In this document: piece after piece, positions 36,122 through 49,542 of the stretch
Numbering within the stretch: the first letter of the stretch is position 1
Layout of the letters: each line of letters starts with the position of its first letter
Assembly: GCA_043228905.1 (NCBI GenBank)
Contig: JBHGNT010000015.1
Span: 10,540,001-10,604,000, forward strand
DNA length: 64,000 bases
From: Azolla caroliniana
Taxonomy: Eukaryota > Plantae > Polypodiophyta
Reading direction: 5' to 3'
Notes under the pieces: model-generated
What the model was told of the DNA's origin: nothing
The model's database searches: none
The model's input: only the letters and a program-made list of their open reading frames with translations
Position numbers and translations under genes: made by a program

Positions 36122-36137
36122 TCTGTTATTATGCCGA

Positions 36138-36368
36138 TGCCTATGGCTGTGGCTATGGCTATGGCTATGGCTATCTCTCTCCCTCTCCCTCTCTCTCAAC
36201 AACACCGAACAGAACAGAACAGAACAGAACAGAACAGAGGAGAGAATTGAGATGCTAAAAAATACCGCTGCGTGAAGGAGAAGAAGAATGGAACTTCCTT
36301 TCTTCTTCTTTCTTCTTTCTTCTTCTTCTTCTTTCTTCTTCGATTGTAGTAGTAGTAGTAGAGTAGTA
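36138..36368. repeat. Microsatellite cluster in the G3Pp 5' leader: (GGCTAT)n, (CT)n, (AGAAC)n, (TTC)n, (AGT)n
   Basis: Directly visible simple repeats upstream of the ATG at 36121. Confidence 0.85.
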
Positions 36369-39300
36369 GCCTGGTATTGTTGTGTTTCTTGGAGGAAGTT
36401 TCCCAAAAAAAAAGACTTCCCAATCCTAAAAACCACAAGAAGAAGGACATGTTTTTCCTTTCCTCATCTTCTTCGCCCAAAAACATTTGCTTTCGGCTTT
36501 CGGCTTTTTCGCTTTTTTGTATTCGCTCTTCTCGCATTTTTTTCTTTTTGCTTTTGCCTTCTTTCTTTATGAACTTTTTGGATTTTGCATTTTGATTTAA
36601 GCGTTTTTCCCTTTTGCCTCCTTTTATTGTTCTTCGCTTTTTTTTTTGCCTTTTTGCCTCCTTTGCTCTTCGCTTTTTGCCTTTTGCTCTGTTACGGCTT
36701 TTGGCCGCTTGCTATGCTGTTGGCCGCTTGCCTTTGTCTGCACCTCATCCATTGGGTGGGAATCATCACTTCACGAGTCGGATGGCCAGCCACTCTTCCC
36801 TTCTTCATGATGTTATCATCACTCCAAATAGATTCCGAAAACACCTTTGCATATATGTACAAAAGATTGCTTCGTAATGTATTGTATTTTATCGATAATA
36901 AGCATTAAACCCCATTAAAGATCCACAATTTCAATAAATCACAACTTGAACATTATACGAAGTGTCCATAAAGAGGCCAATTTTGACCCATAGCGCCTAC
37001 TTACACAAGTTTTCTTAATGTGTGTCTTCTTCATAAGGGGGAAGGGAGAGACAAAGAGAAGGGAGATCAATTCAATTTTGTTTGTATGGACAATAAACAA
37101 GTGGCATCATATACATATTTATACACATCTCTTTGAAAATAAAAAGGTCCACGAGCTTTTGCCGAGTTGTATTCAAATTTGTTTATATAGCTTGTCTTTC
37201 TTTGTAACATGGGAAAAACATTGACAGCTTCACATGACAGTGAACAACCATTCATTTTAGGTCAACTTTCGTAAGTTTATGCTCTTCCTTTTATGTGCCA
37301 TCACTCATTTCTTTTATTTTAATCTCTTATAATTTATCATTATCTTCTTCTTTATGGTAGAAATGATTGAGCGTGTCACTTTTTTGTGAAGATATGTTGT
37401 GTTAATCTCCACAATTATCCAATACGCTCGATTGGAAAAGGCATTACACCTTGAACAATTTCCAAATTTGTTTAGATATGATAGAATGTGTAGAATATTA
37501 ATAAACCATTCAAGAGATATGAGGACCAAGAAGTAAGTAAGCACTTAGTTTGATGGCAACTTCATCATACTCAAATGATAAACCATTAGAATTGAGCATG
37601 GTAAGATCAAAATATGTTCAAGTAGTAATTTAATTGGTGTCGAGTTCTTTTTCGGGAATACATAAATAAGAGTGAGGTCAACATGCGTTTTTGAAAAGGA
37701 ACAAACTATATGCAACAACCAGTCTCCTCGCAAAGTTAAAGACATACACTCTTTGATGGAGGAACAAGAAGGTGTATGTACTTTTTAATCTGAGAACGAC
37801 AACAAGAACGGAATTTATGGAAGTAAAACCCACTCACTCCTCAAGAATGGAATTTCTAGAAGTAAAACCCACTCACTCCTCCTTGCGATGCCCAGTGCCC
37901 ACAGCCAACCAAGGTTTGTTTCCCAAGTGTATTAGAGTTGGAAGGTAAGAAGTTGCAATGTTGTGGCTCCCAGGAAACATTACTTAAAATAATTGGAAAA
38001 AAGAAGATTCGTGGGAATATTCTTCACATGATTCTCCCATATGCTTTTCTTGGCATACATATCTCATTCTAAAAGTAGAATCTTCTCATCATAACTTTTT
38101 TATTTGAGGCGTTCATAGATGCTACGCGCTTGCCTCCAAAACAGAAATAGAATGTATTTTCATACATAAGGAGCTACAAATTAGCACATATTACAAAGGT
38201 GACCTCGCTACCCTTGCTCCAATTTCAAACATGTGTAGACATTTTGGTCTAGCTTTTGTGAATAGAAAAAACTGTAATTCATCACTTCGCCAATGTAAAA
38301 CATTTTGGTCTAGCTTTGGTTAATAGATAAAAGTGACACCAACAAATGTAGCATTTTCTTGTTGGCCGATGTTTCAGCGATGACATGAGAAATCAAAGGG
38401 ATTTTTGCTATTAGTAATAACTTGTGACATGAACTGAAACCCTCAAGATGAAGTGAAAGGGGGTTATTAATAATGTCCGAATGTAAGCACACCATTGTCC
38501 ATTTGACAAATTCAGATAATGTTTGTACAAGTAACCATCCAAATGAATCCGTAAAAATAGAGACGCTATTATATATCTAAACTTGGTGACGATGTTTTGA
38601 CACTTGGCATTTTCAACAAACATTAACTCCTTTGAGCACCCAACTTATTTAACACATATTGTGTCTTAAGAATGCACAACTAATGCCACGTGAATTTATA
38701 TCCATGATTGATTTACTTTTGGTGGTTAACACTACATACTTCTTTCAAACTCTATTTGCAAAGCACAAGATGACCAATGAGGTTTTATTTTCAAAACCTT
38801 CAACTCCATACTCTATGTGATGTGAACCTCCGAGCTATAAATCATCCTCAAAGAACAAGTTTCAATGACCATTTTATGCAAACTTCGTCAACTACTTTGG
38901 CTATTACATAATCATCACATGGGGAATGTTTCATAAATTTAACAGAACATCAATTCTAGTTCCTTCAAATTTAATGCATGGCTTAATTTAAGAATACTAG
39001 TATGAGGACTACATTAACAAACATTAATACCCCTTGTATTTTGGGTAATTATCAATTGCACTCATGCAGTATATATTGAATGTATCGATTGTTTCCTGGG
39101 TAAAAAATGTGTCATTAAGGCTCATATAGATATAAATCTTCTTCACACTCAACATCCAAGGACTATTACCAACATCTCTCTTGGAGAAGATAAGGATTGG
39201 AAAGGGTATTGCGTGCAATAACTTCTTGGCGTAGCTTTTAGAACCCAATATTTTAGAATAACTTGATTGCAAGTGAATTAAGAAAGTAAAAAATTGACGC

Positions 39301-40339
39301 CATGTTAAGGACAATGAGAAGTGGAAGGCACCCAAATATAATCAATGCTTTTACAAAGCACATGATTTGTCTATGGAGAATTTTGTGAGTTTGAAATTCA
39401 TCGAGGTTACCATAGTGAAATATAAATTGTTGCTGAAACCATATAGAGAGTATGTGATAAGGTTGGGAGTGCGTAGAAAATTGAAGATGAATAAAGAAAG
39501 ATTAGCAAGGATAAATAGAAGAAAAAGCAAGGGAAAGAAAAGGAGAAAGTGAGCTAGTCTAAGGCCTTCTTAAAGTATACTTTTAAATAGCTATTTTGTT
39601 ATGCTTAATATTAAAATAGTATATACAATTATGTCTTAGTTAATATAGTTTTGAGTCTTGACCATGTACTAGCTATTAGTTTCTCGTTGATAAGTTTCCT
39701 CTTCTTATATGGGCGGCTGCTAGGCTGGATGAATCCGGCCAAAGACAAGGACAAGCGAAAGATCCACGATTCATGCTTACTTGCTACCGTTGTATATCAC
39801 CGCGTGGAGGCCTAGAAATCCACATGAAGCAAGCACAATGAACCACTTCTTCCGCATGAACCGTCTTCTTGGTTGCTTGATGAAGTCACACAGTTCAACG
39901 CCTCTTCATATTTCATATGTTCCCAATTGATTAAGAAACCACAAATCCATTTGGAATTGATATGAATTTAATTGGTCCTTCTCGCCATTTTTTTCATTGT
40001 GTCATCATATAAAAGATCAATATTCACCAACAATAAATGGCCCTCCTTGCAAAGTAAATCCATCAAACTTACACATCTCAAGATGATCCTTTACATGAAA
40101 CAAATAGTTCCCCTCGAACGTAAGAGAACCAACATAGAATCACCATGTAAATCACTTTAAACCTCGAAATATTGTTGTAGAATACTATCATACAATACAC
40201 GTAGAACACGTATGCTAAGTATTATACAAGTATTCTAACTTTTTTCAAAATACTTAGAATACATATTTTACAAATTTAAAAGTTGTGTAACATACTTCTC
40301 ATAAGTTGTTTTTGGACCTATATTCAAACAATGGCATGA

Positions 40340-43100
40340 TGGAGTGTAGTTATTTTTTTTAGCAGAAAATAGGGATTTCTATTTGCCTTCTTTGAATATC
40401 CACGAATATCATGTTATAGTTTCTGCACGAATAATATTATTATATTTGCCTTGGGAATGCCTTTTTTCTATCTTCCAAAAAAGGAACTACTTTCCCATTA
40501 GTTGGGAAAGATTTGTATAGAAAGGCTATACAAGGTGGCTTATATATATATGGGGGAATCACTCATCAACCGAGTTCCAGAATATTAGAAAGCAACTATG
40601 GCTACGTACATACCCTCTCATATTTTCTACTTAATGTAAGCATGCGCCTAAAAAGTTATAAACATATTTTTAAATCCATTGTCAACTAGTCGGAGCCCGA
40701 TTCCCCGTCCTTCAATGGAGGGAGGTGTCTTACTCATAACCTATCAAGGGAGGTGTCTTTTCACAACCTAGAGGTTGTCAAAAGTGTCTCCATGGTAGGT
40801 CGAGGTGTGGAAGGCATTGGAATGGGTGGTTGGTTCGGGACATGGTAGAGTCTCTCGATATATGTGTGCCAAATATTGGGATCCTCGATGGGTGTTTTTG
40901 GTTGCGGTTCCCGTAGTCTCTTCCATGCAAGGGCGCAGTCCCTACTCATGAGCATATGGTAGAGTTCCCAATATTGAGATATTTCCCAAGTTCATCTTTT
41001 ACGACGTATCATCTTGCGCACCTCTTTGCGAGCCTGTACCGAGGAAATAGTACCACTAAGTCGCGACACTTTAAGTTGTCTATACAACTCTCTACAATCC
41101 TCATCATACCACTTTTTCTGTGGCATAGACCCTATTCTATTATGATTGGAGTGTTTCATGTATGGGAAGCTACTAATTTTTGCTGAGTGAAGGATGTGTG
41201 CGAGTTCTGTAGTGAGGTTCTCTAAAGGCAAGGAAGAATCAAAAGAGGAGAGATGGGCTTGAACATGTTGGGAGTAGATGTCAGTGAGCTCATGTGTGAA
41301 ATGTATTATGGTGTGATGGTTTGGTTGACTAGAGTTGGTGGCGTGGGAGGTGTCGCATTTTCGCTCAAAGTATAAGAAGTTATGGTCTGCACCAATGGGG
41401 CATGGGGCCACCCAGATGGAGTTAACGATGTGGGTAACTTCAGGGCGTCCTATTAGATAATCAACTGTGCTTTCCCCTCCTCCATGTGGAAAACATGCGA
41501 GCTCTTCCGAGTCCGACCACTTGGCTAAGCCATTATATATGATCATTTGGTGTCGGCTTCCAAGTTCAAGCAAATGATGGCCAAAGCTTGTGGCGTCCGC
41601 ACCTTGACCCTTTGATGTACGTGTTATGTCTAAGGCTAAAGGGTCGGCATTCACCATTTCTAGGTTTCTATCTATCTAAAATATTGTGCATTGTGAGGAT
41701 TGGGTTCTCACATTGAAATCTCCTACAAGGAAGACTCCCCCTTGAGAAGAATATCAGATTATGTCATCCGATAAAGGTTCGTATGGAGAAGGCCCATGTG
41801 GCATTCCTTCATCAACTATACTCGCCTCTCCAACCATATTATACTGGGATCCTTTCAGGGGGAATTAACAAACGACGATAAATATCGCTTGATCCTTGCT
41901 AGTGAGGACTTTCACCCACATAAAACGGGCTTCTAGGTCTGTCTTTAGTATTTCTATCCTATTATGTATCTCTCTCCGAAATAGTATCGCAACCCCTCCA
42001 GACCCTCTAGTAGTGTGTCAACGTGAGGTTTGTCTAAAGACAGATTCCCAACGAAAACTGTCAACTCATGGCAATCCTCGATTTGGACTCTAATGTGTTT
42101 CTACTAAAAAAAGTATGTCAGATACCTTCAAAATGTCCTCTAGACGGCCAGGGTGTGTCCAAAGTGCACCGTTACAATTCCATAAAGTCATCCTAAGTTT
42201 ATTGTCTGTCACATGGGCCACACGCCATCAATTGGCGGCGCGATCATTTATTATCACACGTCCATCTCGGTAAAAAGCACAATGCCCCTCTTTACGAGCT
42301 TGTATGAATCGCGACATACAAGTTTTACGATGCTCAATTTGCATCTTCGTCAGGTCTTCATCGAGGTAGATAGGGTTCCCGCCCAATCCTTGAAGAATTG
42401 GTCTCTTTTTAAAAAATGTGATTCTAGATTCTGAGTCCTTAAACTGAAGGACCAAAGCTCTTTTCCTAGTGGTATCATGTCCTACCCTCCAAGTTTTAGT
42501 GATTGGTAAGGCTTCATACCCCAACATTTTACCTAATGTTTGTGCATCTTCGTCGAGAGATGCCCCTTCCTTGAGCCCAATAACTCATATATTTAGGCGT
42601 CGAGCTTGACACATTTTTTCCTCCTCAAGGGTAGTGTTTACAATATTTTCATCCTTTAGTTCCTTTTTAATATTACGTTTTACTACATCAACCCACCTAG
42701 TTTTTGCTAATTCCATATCACGTTTAACCTCTTCCTTAACCTTTTTGATCTCATCCTTAATATCCTCTAGGGAAGATATTTCACCATCTTCCCTAGATGT
42801 CTCAAGGTCCTTAACTTGTTTATGAAGGTTCGTGTAGTCTACTTTAAGTTTCGCTATTTCAGCAATAAGCACTTCTTTTTCTTCCTTGTCTTTTTGTTTT
42901 TCAGTTTCAATCTCTTTCGCGCATTTTTCTATTTTAACTAAACGGTTAAGGACATCTAAAAATTCTTCCTTACATATAATTTCTTTGTGTGTTTCCTTAT
43001 GGTTTCGTCTAGAAGTCATGTTGTAATTCAAAAGATAAAAGAAAGAAAAGACAAAAATAATAGAAAACTTAGTCGAGCATCAGTGCCTTGCGTGATAGGT
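40340..43100 (-). mobile_element. Degenerate non-L1 LINE (RTE-X-like): ORF1 43031-42228 and ORF2 APE endonuclease from 42191, with a decayed RT start
   Basis: ORF1 has a coiled coil, then RRLNI*VIGL...VLQF...IYLDEDLTK (one internal stop). ORF2 has LWNCNG, FLVETH, VGDFNVR, CFPHGGGESTVDYL, GADH and KKWYDEDC. Confidence 0.75.
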
Positions 43101-43354
43101 ACAAGTGTAGAAGCACATTTATACTCTCTCGTTTACTCAACCGACGACGTCTTCAGAAGCGTAGGTGATAGTGGCGGTCGACAACGACAACGACTACAAA
43201 CCAAACAACGGTGATGGCAAACGATGACAACGACAACACCAACGTCAAACGATGGCAGCAATGGTGACGACAGCGGTGGCAGCAACGACATCAAACGATG
43301 GCGGCAGTGGTGACGACGACAGGCAACAAAAAGAGCCGTTGGCAGCAGCGTTAC

Positions 43355-43404
<50 letters not shown>

Positions 43405-43905
43405 AACATTTTATGGGAATTAGTGGGGACATGAGTAGTGGTGAAGGTAAGGATTTCAAGGGTGATTATGAAAAGTAGGGGGAAGGATTTTATAGTGATT
43501 ATAAAAAGTTGGGGGGCGTGATGGAGGAAAGAGGGGTAAAAATGATTTTAAGAGAGGTGGAGAGAGAAAGGGTAGAAGGTAAAACAAAAGTGATTTTTGG
43601 AGAGGGGGTAGGAGGAAGAAAAAAAAATTGAAAAAGAGAGGGGGAGGGGTAGAGCGAGAATAAGGACAAACAAGAGAAAGAAAGGGTAGGAGAAAAGGTT
43701 TCAAAAGTGAAGGGAGGGGTAGGTGAGTTCATGTTCGAAGTAAACCTACATTTTGGTTCTACCTTGATACATGCATAAACTTTTCTTGATTTTAGAGCAT
43801 CAAACTTCAATACAATGCTCTTTGCTTTTGATCACATTCAATTATGCTTTCTGTTAAGTAATTAGGTAATTAACTAGGGTTAATTAGAGATTAATTATAT
43901 GGTTA

Positions 43906-44298
43906 CGTTAAGCAACGGAAGATTAGTATGATATGCACGTGAGAGTGTGTGAGAGGAAGAGAGAGAAAGAGAGAGAGGAAGTTACACTTATGAACATGAA
44001 GATAAATGGGGGATGATTGACTATATTGAAAAGTGTCATCAACATACAAAAATACCCACAATGAGGTATATATACAACCCATGTGCAAAGGTGCACATGT
44101 GTGGGTAGAACATAGGTACTTATGTGTAAGTCCTACATTAAATGTACTAAGGAGTGGAGGATCTAGAATATCCCACTTAAGTACAAGGTCCTATTTAAAG
44201 ACTTAAGGTCAACACATTAACTAGATTCGATCTAGGTAACTACTAAGTTACATGTGTTGACTAACTAGATTAAACTAGTTGAGCTTGATATCTCAACA
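43906..44298 (-). mobile_element. Decayed solo LTR related to the TGTTGAGA..AAGCTCAAC Copia family
   Basis: Minus strand starts TGTTGAGATATCAAGCTCAAC at 44298 and includes a TATA-like and (CT)n region. No TSD; left end approximate. Confidence 0.55.
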
Positions 44299-44817
44299 CT
44301 TTCCACACAACTTCGATTAAACCTAATCTTTGTATGAATTTCTCTCACAATCATATTGTGCACTCTCGATTGCAACATTTGCTACTCATTTTCACATGTA
44401 TTATGTGAAAATGTAATATGTATTCTTGGTTTCATTGGTAATATTCGACCTCCAAACCCAATGATAAAATTTATTTGTATATCTCTCGTTATGTACGCCT
44501 GAAACTTTGCATGCTATCCCCACCCTTTGCTTGCCGAATTCGTCTTTTCTCGCCCCTCACTCTCTTCCATTTCCATATTCGTGAAAAGAAGCTATTGATA
44601 TCGGATTCGTTCTACGTTGCAAATCTAAAAGATCTCGATTGTGGTCCATGTACCTGGTTTTTTAGGGACAATATTGTTGAATCTACACGTACGACTCTCA
44701 TCGAATACAACTTTCCATACGATTGAATAGAAACTACTGAAGTGACTTTCCCTAGTTTGAGTTTAGGTGTCGCCTACTAAAAGTCTCAGTGGTATTCGTC
44801 AAGTAGAGGTTTTTAAG

Positions 44818-44877
44818 AGAGGCCTAGGACAACTCTCTTTCACGGAGGCGGCGGGGATTCGAATTCCACTGGGGGTA
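44818..44877 (+). tRNA. trnE-UUC: 5'-truncated plastid tRNA-Glu(UUC) pseudogene within a probable NUPT
   Basis: AGAGGCCTAGGACAACTCTCTTTCACGGAGGCGGCGGGGATTCGAATTCCACTGGGGGTA matches the chloroplast trnE from the D-loop to the 3' end. The 5' acceptor strand (GCCCCCATCGTCT) is missing. Confidence 0.8.
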
Positions 44878-46989
44878 GCACTCATTCGGCAAGATGAGGC
44901 TGTTCGCAAGGGCCAACCCGATTCTCTTCCCCGGGGATACGCATTGGATTGAGTAGCCCCGGGAGAATCAATAGAATTTTTCTGTAAGTGCTAAAGAGGA
45001 CTCGGAAATTTATCAATTGGTTTGGCCGGTTCGGAGCTATCTTTTATTATTGTCAATTTGGCGTCTTGTTCTTTTCTTTGTGCGGAGGGCATTTTTGGTA
45101 AATAACCTAAATGATTCTAAACTTGACCTAAGCCCTAATGTCTCGAAAGGCCTCCAACCTCTTTATGTATTTATCATGGATAAGATCAACGTCTTCTGAA
45201 GCCCTAATTCACAACACACAGACACCTGATTCTGAAAGGCCAGAGAGAGAAGAGAGCCGAATTCTACCTGATCTCGTGGGGACGGAATAGATTCTGTCTG
45301 ATTTACACAGCATGGCTTGCATAGTTGATCAAACTGTTTATTTTTAAAGACACTTGCTCTGTACCTGTTCACAAGGCTCGCATTTCTTTCTATTGTTCTC
45401 ATTCCTATGTCTTGTCCATTATAAATTCGGGTTTCGTTTCTGTGTGGTTGCTTCTATGACTGATATTCATCTTAACTGTTAATGTTTGTAATTCAGTTTT
45501 CTTTGATGTTTTTTTTCCCTCAGTTACATTCTCGCTCTTAATTTTCTTTCTGGTCATCTGTCAAAGTCTAATGAGATGACACTCCAAACTTTATCTCTCC
45601 CTTGCTGAGGGAGATTTAACGATCGAATTAGTTCCCGTCTGACAATACAGCGTTCTGCCCATCTAAGAAGTAAGGCTCAATGTCTTGTATTACTTATCGG
45701 CGGTCCTATTAATAACTAGAAGCATTTTTAGAAATTTACCTCGATAGATAAATCTAGCTACATAAAGCACGTATTTCTGTTTCCATGATAATTATGTTTT
45801 CCCTGATGTTTCTTTTCAAAGTAATGAATGTATAGAGTGTAGTGTTATATTCCTTCCTATGAAAAATGTAGAGTGTAATGTTGAAGTGGGTTTGACACAG
45901 CATCAGGTCTTTCAAGATGCTTATTTATTGTCCCTTACTTCTCTCAATGGGCATCTTGGGACGGACTCCCATGCTTACTAGTAGCACCATTGGTTAGCTT
46001 CTTGAAGTTCTTATTTTATGTTTCTTGGTTGCTATTTCATGGTGCTCAGAGAAATTCCTCGTGATAGAGAAGCGTGTGTAGAGTGTTCTTTTCAGGGTTT
46101 TGCAATGGTTCTGTTTGCTGTGCCCTTACTCTCTCTCACACACATTACATATGTATGACATGTTGCACCATATCTCTATGGAAACTCTGGATGAAACTGC
46201 ACACGATTGTGGTCATGCATGATTTAGCAATCTCAAACGTTCTTCTAATTCTGCTTTGACCACTTTTGCTATTCATGCTCAATCATGTCTCTGGCTTTGT
46301 CATGTCAGCAACTACATGGTTGCAACATGAGTTGTTTAGCATCCATGCCATGTTGAACTCCTCGAATGTGTAGTCTGAAGAAGATAATTTAGACAAAATC
46401 AAACATCAAATGGAAACAACTACATCCCAATAACTGTTGTCTGAACATTGACTTCTTTAGTAGTAATTCGATTTGTTTGAGAATTCATAACATGAAGTTG
46501 CTTGGAATTGATCATCCCATACCAGTTCCATCAGAAGCTATGGTGATCAATAGACTATTACCAAAATTGTCTAGTGCAATATATGGTATAGTTTTCTATT
46601 TGTAGCTATCTGTGTTTTGGATATCACTGTGTCGTTGGGGCAGTTCATTGTATTGAAACTTGTGGCCAGATGCACTAATGTCCTTCCTTTAATGTCATTG
46701 TGAACCCTTTTCAATTCCACTACATTATTGTACTTCTTGTGGAGCCAAAGCTTTGTAGTTTGTACTAATTGTCCTTGACTTGAAGATATACAAATAAGAT
46801 GAAAAGCATGTCAAAATATCCAAACTTACAAGAGTCTAGATTGTAAGTGTCTCTTAATAGTTAGACCAATAATTGTGCTTTCCATAAAGCAACAAGATCT
46901 AGGTTTCCATGGATTATATTCAGCTCAATTTAGACACTTGTGTTCCCTCTTCACGGATATTAGTTGGATGTCACAATTACCAAATATTG

Positions 46990-48000
46990 TCACTCAATCC
47001 ACTAGAAGAGCCAAGTGTTTTTTTCTAGTAAACACTACTTTGCATTAGTTAGCAAACAAAATACAAGAAAGGTTGTCAAGCATTTGGAATGCAAAACACA
47101 TTGGTCGTGAAGAAGAGTGCATCAACAAAGGATGCCACCAAGCGACTAATAAGATATACAAAAGGGGAGTAGAAATAGCTAATTTGTAGCCTAGTGTGAA
47201 ATGGCCACACTTATGATGTAAAGGCTATTTAAGCCACCTTGTGGTGACTTTTAAGCTTCTTCTTTATTCTTAAGAAGCTCCTAGTGATTAAAACTCGCCT
47301 CCTCTCCTTTGTAATCAAAAGCTCAAGAGAGATTAATGATAGTGTTTAGTAGACAAACGCTAATTTCTCCTCGTTGTTGGTGTTAGACCTCTTTGTAAGA
47401 GTGGTGTAATAAAATATATTCTTTGTTCCTACTTTGTTTGAGAAAGTAAGCGTGAGAGAGATTAATACTAATCAAATAATATTGAGTTAGTGGCTCAGAG
47501 GTATTTGACAACTACCTCTACCCGGTTCGTCATCAATAGGGTATATGCTAGTCTGATCCCCAAGCAAACATTGACGGAAGGGAGAACCTCATCAATTGAT
47601 AGAGATGGTTTTGTGAGACTCATGGAATCGACAGAAAGATCGAGCTAGAGGATCCACAAGGGCTAACGGTAACCAGAACTGCCAAGTCTATCTCAGTAAC
47701 TAAAGTCATAAAAGAGTTTCTGAAAAGAGATTATAAGGATCTTCAAGCTTTGTTACCTAAGTTCGGACTCAAATAAGAGAAGAATGTTGTGCACAATTAT
47801 AGTTAGAGTGCAATAAACTTATTATAGTTAGAGTGCAATAAACTTATCAAAGAATTCAGTATTTCGTTCTAGAGTTGAGAATCTCAAAAAAAAAAACAAG
47901 CAAGAATCCAATGCATATGTTGTCAAAGACGATATTGACCAAAAAACCGAGGTTGTACAAATTAAGTTTTGTCTTCAAGTTCAATTGGCTTGTAGTAGCA
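46990..48000 (+). mobile_element. Highly decayed LTR-retrotransposon remnant (LTR-like region, PBS-like TGGCTCAGAG at 47491, gag-like residue)
   Basis: Composition and the PBS-like motif only; no intact ORF. Contains a 25-bp tandem duplication at 47796-47846. Confidence 0.3.
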
Positions 48001-49542
48001 AGAGCAGGAAGATTTATTGCATAGATTGGGTTGTGATGATAGATTGAAATAAGTGCACAAGTAGGAGATTATCAAGGAAATGAGCCCCAACCACTTTTGG
48101 TTAAAATTAAAGGGTAATAAACTTTGGGAATTTTCAATGGAGTGCATAACATCTGCCTTGTTTTCTTGCCTCAATTTCACCAACCCATGTTATTTTCAAG
48201 CCTATATAGGTATTCTTAAAAATTAGGGAACTAGAGTGCCTTTGAGAGACAAGCTTGTGAGGGTTCTAAGTTGTAAAACAATCATATATAACAAAACAAG
48301 TAGCACCAAGTTTGAAGGTTATACGGAAATTTACATCATTTTATGAACACTTCCTTCTCTATAGTATTGAGGTAAGGATTTGTTTGCACTTCGGTTTCAG
48401 TGTACTTGTCTTAAAGAATATATGCGTAAGAAGATGAGCACGGAATAATATAACCACTCACGAGGATCTAGATTCCAAGGGTCTCTCTTCATATCAGCAA
48501 ACATGCTTGACTTAAAACAACAAGATGTAGGTTACCGTTTCATATGAACCTCTCAATATCAAGGTTGTTAGAAAAGAGATCATTAAACTAATCTAACTTG
48601 ATTAGTAAAAAGATTAGAGTTATAAAAGTTTAATAACGAAGAAAACAAGTGATTATAAAACATCAATTAAAACAACAATAGAAAGAATATTTCTACAAAA
48701 GATGAAGCTAAGTAATAAGCTCATTCACACAATATGAGCTTTAAAAGATTAATACACAACCTCTATATGCTAAGGACTGAAAATGGAAGTTTCTAAAAAT
48801 CGAGTTTCTAAAAATAGACACTTCTTCTACCCCATAGATTTTGCATGTCTATCCTCTTTTACAATAATTATGAACGCTTTATGTACTATCTATTATTTAA
48901 TAGTATCAAATTGAACCTAGAAGACTAACATCCTCCTCTTCAGGTGCAATTTGATGAAGAACCAATGTATTGACATGCCTTCAATAATTGTTTACCATTT
49001 AATGCTTTGGTAAGAATATTTGCTTGATTCTCTTTTTATTGAAAATATTCCAATTACATTATGTTGAGAGACAAGCTCAACATCGGCCGGATTGACTGAA
49101 GAAGCCGAGGACCGGATCGGTTGGGACCGATCGGTTAGGCCAAGTGCGTAAACCGGGAGGTCGTTAGGAAAGATATTCCGTGAGGAATATATTTGGGAGT
49201 TAGTGTAGGAGCTCTTAATGAGCATTGAAGTACTTTCAGTACTTCTGTCAGTCCTTCTAGGACTTGTATAAAAGTGTTCATTGAACACACATATGTATAG
49301 AGAGTGGTGAATAGAGATTGTGTACTTTTGTTATATATTTTTGGTGTGTCTTCTCTCTCACTCTCTTTGTCTCTCCCGTGTATACCGTGTAAGCTCAAGC
49401 TCTCCATTGAACCTGAGTTTCCTTCCTTCTGTTCGGTCTTCATACTTGCTTCCGCACGTTACTTTCTACATGGTATCAGAGCGCGAGGGTTGAGAACCTC
49501 TCTGCAGCCGACACAACTTGACGAAGAAGAACAAGAAGAACG

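Noticed and set aside
36122-36436. 105-aa N-terminal extension of the G3Pp ORF
   Set aside because: Made of translated microsatellites and begins at a non-ATG codon. Family similarity starts near MGCISLSRSAIPPG (36121).
38015-38022. P1BS (GAATATTC) upstream of G3Pp
   Set aside because: A single degenerate 8-mer 1.9 kb upstream is expected by chance, although the family is phosphate-starvation responsive.
43050-43120. Possible HDV-like ribozyme at the LINE 5' end
   Set aside because: A P1-like pairing exists (GTGCTT/AGGCAC), but P2, P3 and P1.1 could not be assembled.
48935-48990. Apparent splice acceptor CTCTTCAG|GTG of a host exon
   Set aside because: It is the PPT and RNase H end of the old minus-strand Copia.
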